From positions 1-64,000 of the forward strand of contig JAANOX010000138.1 in the NCBI GenBank assembly GCA_020184695.1: a DNA stretch of 64,000 nucleotides, written 5' to 3'. This stretch comes from Histomonas meleagridis 2922-C6/04-290x (Eukaryota > Protista > Parabasalia). The notes under the pieces were generated by a model, which worked only from the letters and a program-made list of their open reading frames with translations, was not told where the DNA came from and did not search any database. Made by a program: the position numbers and the translations under genes. This document shows positions 37,000 through 45,854 of this stretch, piece by piece (positions within the stretch are counted from its first letter, which is position 1; each line of letters begins with the position of its first letter).

Positions 37000-37104
37000 T
37001 GAATTTTTTAATTTTTTTTTAGTCATTTTCTGATTATTTCCATTTTTATGTTTCATTGTTCTATATATTATATAAAACATTGCATATGATAATATATATT
37101 TACT

Positions 37105-39444
37105 CTAGCTAAAGAAACTTCTTAAGAATGATATGTCATTTGCTTCCAGTGCGCATGCGCCTATTTCCCTGAGTTCATCCACTTCTTGGCACTTAATTGG
37201 CACCGACACTATTTCCTCTTCTTTCTTCTCATCGATTACAATTCCGAACAGTGCCGCGCACAGGTCATCGATTGGAGGGATTTGGTGCGAAGGCACGTCC
37301 AACAATTCGATGATTTGTTGTGTCTTATCGACTTTAATTTCGATTTGCTTTGGCTTTACGATTTCTCTTGGCTTAAGTTGCGGTAACGTTGCGCGTTTAA
37401 TTTCCTTTGTTTCGGGTCCGAATTGATCAATCGACCAAATGAAGTTATCATTATCAATTGCAACAATTCGAATTCCAGTGCTTTCATTTAACACTTTTAT
37501 GGCTCGAATTGGAGTGCCATTTGTTGGCATGTTCCAACTCTTCATTTCCCCATTCGCATAAAGGATTATAATTGGAATTTCTTTGTTGATGACAAATGCA
37601 TAACAATTCTCATCGGCAGAACAACAGCGTGCTTGTGCAAAGATTTTCTTGGTTATTGATAACGATCGAAGATCAAATGTTAATATACCTATTTTAGAAT
37701 GAATGATAACTTCATAATCATTCATGAAGTAGACGTTAAGAATTGAGTACTCGAAAACTTTTTGAGAGATGACCGTTAAAAGTTCGGCATCATAAATGTC
37801 AATGCGGTCATTGTAGGTAAGAATAAGGATAGTACCATCTTTGGACCATGTAATAGAATTGGGTGGTTCACTAATGTCTTTAGTTTTCAGAATTTCCCAA
37901 TTTTCAAATTTCTTCCAGATTTGAAGCTCTTTCGATACAACCATCGCATAAACAGGAAGGCTTGGATGCATAGAAAGAGTTGAAACGTTTTTACCAGTTA
38001 TTCTAAATGATTGTTGAATCTCAAAAGAATCTTTTTCTGGATTATTACTCCAAATTTTAATTTCACTATATCCAATGATATCCGAAGAATCGGAAGTATA
38101 TACAAGTGGGTTACATTCTACAGATTTAGGTCGAATCCTTTCTGTTTTTTCATATTGTTTAAGTTCATATCTCTTTTTTAAAATTTTTTTGATCTCATCA
38201 ATCCTTCTTTGAGTTAAAAGATTTGCATGTTTTTCATCTCGTACTTGTAAATTTGCTTGAGGAACTGTATGATGAAATTCAACATCTTGTCCTATCGTAA
38301 GTGCTGGCTCATGGGGACTATCGTTCGTCTCAATTGTTATCAAAAAGTCGTTTGTCAATTCAAAAATGGAAACTGGATTTCTGCAGTTGTAAGAGGAGAC
38401 TTGAAGTTGGTCAAGGCATTTTCCATGTTTAGAATCGAAGAATTGTAGAAGGTTAGGTTTTCGAAGTGATACGATAATATCATTTGAAAATGATACTTCT
38501 CCATAAAGATGAGAAATAGACTGACGAACAAAATTGGATGGATCAATTAACGCTAGAATGTTCTTATCAGAAATGCATGCTATATATGTGGAATTATTAC
38601 TTATCGCAAGTCCTTCAATTGTAAGACCTAGACGTGGAAGGAAGGTTTTCTTATGTGTCGCTTGGTTAAGAGTTAATAAAACACCTTCAGTACCACCTGA
38701 ATAAATGGTGTTACTATTGAATACAAAATCATTGGGACAAACAAAATGCCAATGATCTTTATAAAAGGTGTTTCCAAGCTGAATGAAATATCCGTTTTGT
38801 GTGAACACAAGGGCATTTGGACCACGGAATTTACAAATTCGGGTTGGATTGTGTAAGTTAAATTGTTGATGTCTTTTGGTTTCAAAATTGTAAATATGTA
38901 ATTTGCATTCATCACCAAGAACAATTTCTGTGCCTGTATTATTTATATCGAAACAATCCAGATTATGAAATCTAAGCCATGATGGTTGACGATATACAAG
39001 TGATATATGAAGGTCAGTAAGTTTCTTTTGTACATCAGGAGTAACTATAAACTTGGATTCTGGGTTCTGATATTCATTAATCCAAAACATTCTATGTCTA
39101 TAAAATATAAAGTATAAGGTACGGTTTCGAATTAATAACTTTTCAATTGGTTCTTTGTTCTGGTAGCTTTCAAAAGGTTCTTTTTCGATGATTGTAATTT
39201 CATTAAATCGGTGAAACAAAATTACCCCATCTGTATCAGCTGACACCAAAACTTCATCAGTGCACACTAGTGCTGTAATTTTCCCTTTGTGACAATTCCG
39301 TTGGTCAATTAATTGTAAATCAGGCAAGTCGTAGATGTTTATAATATTTCCACATCCAACAAAAAGAAACCTTTCGTCTGTGGAAAAGCACATTGCTCTC
39401 GGATTAAATGTCCCACAACCAACCCTTCGAACAACAAAGGACAT
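37105..39444 (-). CDS. WDR75: WD40 protein, WDR75/Utp17 (SSU processome)
   Basis: HWH..F..YSGGTEGVL..KTFLPRLG.TI..LAIS signature of WDR75/Nan1 within a double beta-propeller; ATG 39444. Confidence 0.8.
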   Translation of the reverse strand: MSFVVRRVGCGTFNPRAMCFSTDERFLFVGCGNIINIYDLPDLQLIDQRNCHKGKITALVCTDEVLVSADTDGVILFHRFNEITIIEKEPFESYQNKEPIEKLLIRNRTLYFIFYRHRMFWINEYQNPESKFIVTPDVQKKLTDLHISLVYRQPSWLRFHNLDCFDINNTGTEIVLGDECKLHIYNFETKRHQQFNLHNPTRICKFRGPNALVFTQNGYFIQLGNTFYKDHWHFVCPNDFVFNSNTIYSGGTEGVLLTLNQATHKKTFLPRLGLTIEGLAISNNSTYIACISDKNILALIDPSNFVRQSISHLYGEVSFSNDIIVSLRKPNLLQFFDSKHGKCLDQLQVSSYNCRNPVSIFELTNDFLITIETNDSPHEPALTIGQDVEFHHTVPQANLQVRDEKHANLLTQRRIDEIKKILKKRYELKQYEKTERIRPKSVECNPLVYTSDSSDIIGYSEIKIWSNNPEKDSFEIQQSFRITGKNVSTLSMHPSLPVYAMVVSKELQIWKKFENWEILKTKDISEPPNSITWSKDGTILILTYNDRIDIYDAELLTVISQKVFEYSILNVYFMNDYEVIIHSKIGILTFDLRSLSITKKIFAQARCCSADENCYAFVINKEIPIIILYANGEMKSWNMPTNGTPIRAIKVLNESTGIRIVAIDNDNFIWSIDQFGPETKEIKRATLPQLKPREIVKPKQIEIKVDKTQQIIELLDVPSHQIPPIDDLCAALFGIVIDEKKEEEIVSVPIKCQEVDELREIGACALEANDISFLRSFFS

Positions 39445-39646
39445 CCGAATCAATAACCGACCACAGATTTTTATCGAACAAACTTCGTCAATTCGCCAAC
39501 AAGGAAAAAGACGATTTAACAAAACATTTGAACATTAGCTATGAACAGTTCAAGTAAATAGTTCTTAATTAATTCATTGGATAAATTTTTTTTTGACATT
39601 TTTTTAAAATTATTAAATTAATTTAAAAGTGAATGAAGATGTTCGT

Positions 39647-40216
39647 TTACTCAACGATATGAGTCTTTTCAGAAATGTAGATACCATCGAGGAACTTACG
39701 AAGATCTTTGTTGTGGATATGTGTATGTTGGTGGATTTGTGCACATACTAATGATACCTTATCAATGTCATTACCTTCGATCCAGATTTCTTCCTTTTGG
39801 TTTGGACTGTCCATGATTTTAACACCTTCTGGAGCAATAACTGATTTCTTTTCACGTTGACCCATGAAGTGAGTAAAGCTAAAGGAATCCTTGTTGTCAC
39901 CGATGGAATGCTTGATTGGGAAGTGTGCTGTGACAAATCTCATCTTGTAGCGATAACCTTTTGTAACACCAGTTACCATATTTTTGATATGACCAAAGAG
40001 TGTTCCAATACGAGCAACAAGCTTACGGTTTCCAAACCAGCAGCGTGCTAAAACAGTTTTTTCTTCGGCATTATATTCAATGTCGAGCTTAAGATGAGAA
40101 AGATCACGAGTAAGGGTTCCACGTGGGCCTTCTACTGTAACAACACCAGATTTGATTGTAATTTTAACATCTTCTTCAATTTTGAGATGATCCTGATGCA
40201 AAACTGGACGAGGCAT
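39647..40216 (-). CDS. RPL9: 60S ribosomal protein L9 (uL6)
   Basis: VTVEGPRGTLTRD, GVTKGYRYKMRFV.AHFPI, KDLRKFLDGIYISEK. Confidence 0.97.
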   Translation of the reverse strand: MPRPVLHQDHLKIEEDVKITIKSGVVTVEGPRGTLTRDLSHLKLDIEYNAEEKTVLARCWFGNRKLVARIGTLFGHIKNMVTGVTKGYRYKMRFVTAHFPIKHSIGDNKDSFSFTHFMGQREKKSVIAPEGVKIMDSPNQKEEIWIEGNDIDKVSLVCAQIHQHTHIHNKDLRKFLDGIYISEKTHIVE

Positions 40217-40221
40217 CTAAA

Positions 40222-40226
40222 AAAGG
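40222..40226 (-). promoter_or_regulatory. M5-like CCTTT core promoter element upstream of RPL9
   Basis: Minus strand GCTTCCTTTTTTAGATG puts CCTTT a few nt before the ATG. In Trichomonas vaginalis the M5 CCTTT motif acts as an Inr alternative, notably at ribosomal protein genes. Short motif, so a chance match is possible. Confidence 0.45.
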
Positions 40227-40349
40227 AAGCTTGACCAAAACCGCCCGAATTGAGGTTGTCTGTTTGAACTATACAACGATCTGATTGAATTCATTTGTTT
40301 GTAAGGTAACTTTTTTGTTAAGCTTTGAAAATAACTGTTTTTCATGTTT

Positions 40350-42450
40350 GCTTCGAATGATTTTGCTGAGGATACTCAAATTCAATTTCAGTACATGAAA
40401 ATTTTAATCACTTACAATCTCTTGAACAAATTATTTTTAATTTATGTGAAGATAACATCAAAAAATCAGTTGAATCAACATTAATATATATTTTTCCAAA
40501 GAATTTCCATTTTATTTCAATTCCATAATTTTTCAATTTGTGTTTGCATTTTTTGTATCAAGGGATTATATTGAGATATGTATAGAGTATTTAAAAGAGC
40601 TTGAAATAAAAGAAAGAGAATATAAAATTTCATGTCGTATCATTGATGTTTGTGTTCAATGCCTAAATTTTCACCCGAATAGTACAGATAGATATTTTAT
40701 TGAAAAAATGATAGAAAATAAATTATTTGATCAAACAATGTGACAAGAAAAATAATATATATTTTATACATCATTTATCAAACAATAAAAAGATTAATAA
40801 AAAAGATATTGAACAATTTCTTGAATCGAATAACTTAATACATACTAATTTTGATGATTATTTTTTAAAGAATTATGAAGAACTAGCAAAGAATGATTTT
40901 GAACTTCATAAAAAATATGTTAAAGAGGGACATAATCCAAATGAAATAGCAAAAATAATTCGAAATGATGAAATAGAAAAACTTCAAGAAATATCATCAC
41001 AAACAAATTTTAATTTTAATCAAAAAATTAAACCATCACTTTATGAAAGATGTTCATTTATTAATCAAAAGAATGTTACATTAATTGATTATGCAGCATT
41101 TTTTGGATCTGTTAAATGTTTTATATTTTTACTTATTAATGGTGCAAATTTAGAAAATACAGGTCAATATGCTGTTGCAGGTGAAAACGTTGAAATCATT
41201 CATTTATGTGAACAAAATAATTCATCTTTTAAAGATTCATATGAAGCAGCAATTAGATTACATAGAAACGATGTTTTTAAATATATTAATGAAAATATAA
41301 TTACTGAAATAAATAATTTGGAAAAATTAGGAAAGTTATGTATTTGGAATAATAATTATGAAATTTTTTCTTTTTTAGTAGAAAAAGGAATGATAATTAC
41401 AAAAAAACTTATTGTTGCTTCTATTAAATCAAGAAACATATTTCTCTTACAATATTTTCTTGGAAAAAATCCCATAAGTTTAAATTTTTTGGAAAAATCA
41501 TATAATTCTAGGAATAAAGAAATTTTTGATTAACTTATAAAATATAAATATTATGATTATAATTATAAAAATATTGATAATTTTTTTTTGAATTTTTCAT
41601 AAATAATTTTATATTTAAAAAAAAATATTTGGAAATTATTAAAATTATTTCAAACAACACTTATAAAAGCATGTAGTAATTGGCGTTATTATTATGTTGG
41701 ATATGTTGAATTTATTCTTCAACAAGAAGGAATTGATATTAATGCTCAAGATAATGATTTGTTTTATTTGAAATTTATTTTAATAATTTTGGATTTCAAA
41801 ATAATATTAGGAAATTATTTAAATTATTTTATACAGCACTTATTGGAGCATCTTATCGTGGTCATACAGAAATAGTTAAATTACTTCTTAACAAAGAAGG
41901 AATTGATATTAATGCTAAAGATTATTATTTGTTGTATTTAATATTTATTTTAATAATTTCGTATTTTAAAATAATATTTGGAAATTATTTAAATTATTTT
42001 ATACAGCACTTCATAATGCTGTGGATAAAAATAAAATAAAAATAGTTCAATTACTTCTTAAATATGAAGGAATTGATATTAATGCAAAAAATATTTATTT
42101 GTTTTTTTTAAAATCTATTTTAACAATTTTGGATCTAAAAATAATATTTGGAAATTATTTCAATTATTTAGAACAGTTCTTATGCTTGCATCTATAAAAA
42201 GTCAAATAAATATGATTTCATTACTTCTCAAACAAAGAGGAATCAATATTAATGAGAGAAATATTTGTTTGTTTTGTTTATTTTTATCTATATTCAATGA
42301 GATTTCCGAATAATATTTGGAAATTATTCATTAAATTTAAGACTGCAATTATTTTAGCAGCTATTTTCGTACGAAAATAGAAATAGAGAATCTGTTAATT
42401 TATTACTTAAGCAAAATGGAATTGATAAAAATACAGCAGATGTTTATAAT
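40350..42450 (+). pseudogene. DUF3447 plus spacer-interrupted ankyrin gene, locus B
   Basis: Frameshifted N-terminus (40350-40740), DUF3447 ORF 40727-41533 ending in a premature TAA, then five ankyrin modules separated by 78/77/77/77/76-nt spacers. Confidence 0.75.
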
Positions 42451-42857
42451 TTTTATTTGGGGTAGAACTTAATTTCTATACCATTAACATTTGTTTTTTT
42501 GCATAAATGAAATTCATAAATATGTTATCACTCAAGACTTAAAATTCATTAAAACTTTTGTTTTTGATTATATAAAATGTTTATTTTATAATATATGTGG
42601 CTATTATTCTTTGTTAAAAACTAAGAATTATCATTTAATTACAGCATTTTAGAAGTATCAAATCCATTATTGTCACAAATGTAATTTTGCTTCAATTGTT
42701 TATGTAAAAGAGCTTATTTAAAAAGTTTTTTAAAATTTAAAAAAGAAATTTTTTAAACAATGTTAAAACATTAACGATTACTACATTCAACACTTTTCAA
42801 TTATAAAGATCGGTACTTTATAAATAAACCATTGAATTAATGAAGTATTATTCATAA

Positions 42858-45360
42858 ATGCTGAAACATTCTAACCCAAAAAATAGCTATATTACATTAT
42901 TAAAAGACATTGAATCAATCGTCTTTGACTTAAATGAAGATAATATTGAGTCAAAAGTGGAAAATATCATGAATTTATTTGATATCAATTTACCATATTC
43001 ATCTAATCTAATAATTTCACGTTTAATATATAGATCATTTATAGTTCAAAAGAAAGATATTGGAGTATATTTATTATTCATAAAGGCAATTAACTCGAAA
43101 GAAGAATTAATACAAAAAAATTGGAGTATAATCGAAACTTTTACATATTTTCTTCTTCAATTAAATTCAAAAGAATCCTTTTATTTTCTAGAAAACATGA
43201 TTGAAGAAAAATATATTTCTTCTAATGTAGTTCAATCAAAAAACACTTTATATTTTGCACATTATTTTACTGATACCAAATTTAATCAATTAAAAAATTA
43301 CGGAATCGTTTCAAATTTCTTTCAAAAAATTGAAAAGTATAAAAAAGATAACTGGCAACAACATAAACAACTTCTCAAAGAAGGAGTTAATCCCAAATCT
43401 GTTGTTAAAGCAATTCGTTACGATGATGTTGCTAAACTTCAAGAAATATCATCACAAACAAATTTTGATTTTAATCAAAGAATCAAACCATCACTTTATG
43501 AAGTGTACTCATTTGTTAATCAAATGAATGTTACATTAATTGATTATGCTGCATTTTTTGGATCGATTAAATGTTTTAAATATTTACTTCTGAATGGTTC
43601 TAAGTTAAATAATATAAATAAATATGCAATAGCAGGTGGAAATATAGAGATCATTCATTTGTGTGAGCAAAATAATTGTATTTTTGAACACGTTCATGAA
43701 ATTGCTTTGGAATTTCATCGGAATAATGTCTTTGATTATATATATAAGAAAAGAGCAATTAGAATCAAAGAATATACTCAATTAGGAATAAGTTGTATTA
43801 AAAATGATAATTATTCATTGTTTTTATCTCTATTAGATAAGAAAAAGTCAAAATTTAATGAAGATATCATTAATGAAACAGCAATAATCGGTAATGTTTT
43901 TCTAATGAAATATTTTATGTATGATTATATACTTCCTAAAAATATTTTAGTTTGTGTATCAAAATCTGGAAATTTAGAATTAATGAAATTTCTTCTTGAA
44001 CAAAAAGGTATTGATTTAAATTATGGAAGTTTTTGTTTTAATAATTTAAAATTAAAATTTTTTATTTGGAATTCACTAAAATTATTTTATAAGGTATTTA
44101 TCGTTGCATCTGAAAATGGTCATATTGAAATGGTTAAATTCCTTCTTGAACAAAAAGGAAGTGATGTTAATGCTAAAGATATTTATTTATTTTGATCAAA
44201 GTTTATAAAAATAATTTATTATTATTTAATACTTTATGTTTTTTTTGATTTGTATGGTGAAAATGCTTTGATAGTTGCTTCTAAACAAGGGCATACAGAA
44301 ATAGTTAAATTTCTTCTTGAACAAAATGGAATTGATATTAATGATACTGAAGTATTTTTATATTATTTGATATCATGGTTTCGACTTAATATTTGGAAAT
44401 TATTTAAATTATTTCAAACAGCACTTATGTATGCATCTTCAAAAGGTCATACAGAAATAGTCAAATTACTTCTTGAACAAGAAGGAATTGATATTAATGC
44501 TAAAAACATTTATTTGTTTTATTTTATATTTATTTTAATAATTTGATATTTCAAAATAATATTTGGAAATTATTTAAATTAATTAGTACAGCACTTATTA
44601 GAGCATCTGAAAAAGGTCATACAGAAATAGTTAAATTACTTCTTGAACAAGAAGGAATTGAAATTAATGCTAAAGATATTTATTTGTTTTATTTGAAATT
44701 TATTATAATAATTTGAAAATTCAAAATAATATTTGGAAATTATTTATATTATTTCAAACAGCACTTATTAGAGCATCTGAAAAAGGTCATACAGAAATAG
44801 TTAAATTACTTCTTGAACAAGAAGGAATTGAAATTAATGCTAAAGATATTTATTTGTTTTATTTGAAATTTATTATAATAATTTGAAAATTCAAAATAAT
44901 ATTTGGAAATTATTTAAATTATTTCAAACAGCACTTATGTTTGCATCTTATAATGGTCATACAGAAATAGTCAAATTACTTCTTGAACAAGAAGGAATTG
45001 GAATTAATGCCAAAAATATTTATTTGTTTTATTTTATATTTATTATAATAATTTAATATTTCAAAATAATATTTGGAAATTATTTAAAATATTTAAAACA
45101 GCACTTATGTTTGCATCATTTAAAGGTCGTACAGATATACTTAAATTACTTCTTGAACAAGAAGGAATTGATATTAATGCTAAAAATATTTAATTGTTTT
45201 ATTTGAAATTTATATTAAGAATTTAAAATTACAGAATTTTATTCGGAAATTATTTAAATTATTTCAAACAGCACTTATGATAGCATCGAAATATGGTTAT
45301 AAAGAAATAGTTAAATTACTTCGAGAACACAAAGCAATTGATAGAAAATCCAAAAAATAA
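42858..45360 (+). CDS. DUF3447 plus spacer-interrupted ankyrin gene, locus C (best preserved; continuous ORF only 42858-44195)
   Basis: Intact 445-aa ORF with the DUF3447 block (SLYEVYSFV..TLIDYAAFFGSIKCFKYLL..YAIAGGNIEIIHLCEQ), then eight stop-free ankyrin modules separated by spacers of 60, 78, 63, 77, 77, 77, 77 and 77 nt; final stop at 45358-45360. Confidence 0.7.
44418..45360 (+). repeat. 170-nt tandem array (93-nt ankyrin module plus 77-nt spacer)
   Basis: ACA-GCA-CTT (TAL) starts at 44418, 44588, 44758, 44928, 45098 and 45268: five exact 170-nt periods. Confidence 0.95.
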
Positions 45361-45854
45361 GCCGATACAATTAACTTAATAAACAATAATATAAAAATTT
45401 TTAATTATTTCAATACTGGTTTGCAAGCAAAAACACTTCACACGATGGTCAAGTTAAAATTAAAAAAAAGTTAACCAATTGTGTAAATCACATAATTATT
45501 TATCATTACATTCATTAATTAAACATGTAAATATTACCAAATGAGTAATCTTTGCTAAATTAGCCCAGAGATTTTTTTGGGCAATTAGTTATAATAATGT
45601 TTTTCTCATAGTATCCATTAAAAATATTATTAGGAACTTCATACGAAATATATCAAATGAAAAATATTTCAAATACTTATTTTTGAAGATCATTTTGTAA
45701 TATAACTCTTATTCTTGTTCATAAACACACATTACGACAATATAAACACTTTTTTCAAACAATTTTATAAATTTGTTTCTAAAACACTTACAAATCGATG
45801 ATAAAACAATTTCAAAAAATGATTTATTAATAATAAATATTCTAAAACAAAACA

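Noticed and set aside
44511-44540. Canonical -1 slippery heptamer (X XXY YYZ) in the spacer
   Set aside because: Present only in a few copies (e.g. T TTT TTA near 42103) and absent from the locus-C 77-mers, so standard -1 frameshifting is not supported by motif.
44685-44730. Hairpin in the spacer (TTATTTGAA / TTCAAAATAA)
   Set aside because: Imperfect, almost all A-T, and expected by chance in such AT-rich DNA; I saw no convincing covariation.
44681-44761. Canonical GT-AG intron inside the spacer (TT|GTTTT...CAAACAG|CA)
   Set aside because: Removing it leaves a 94-nt exon per 170-nt unit, which is out of frame. There is no ACTAAC branch motif, and the GT or AG is missing in several copies.
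44418-45360. CRISPR-like repeat-spacer array
   Set aside because: Both parts of the unit are homologous between copies, the conserved part encodes ankyrin, the context is eukaryotic and there are no cas genes.
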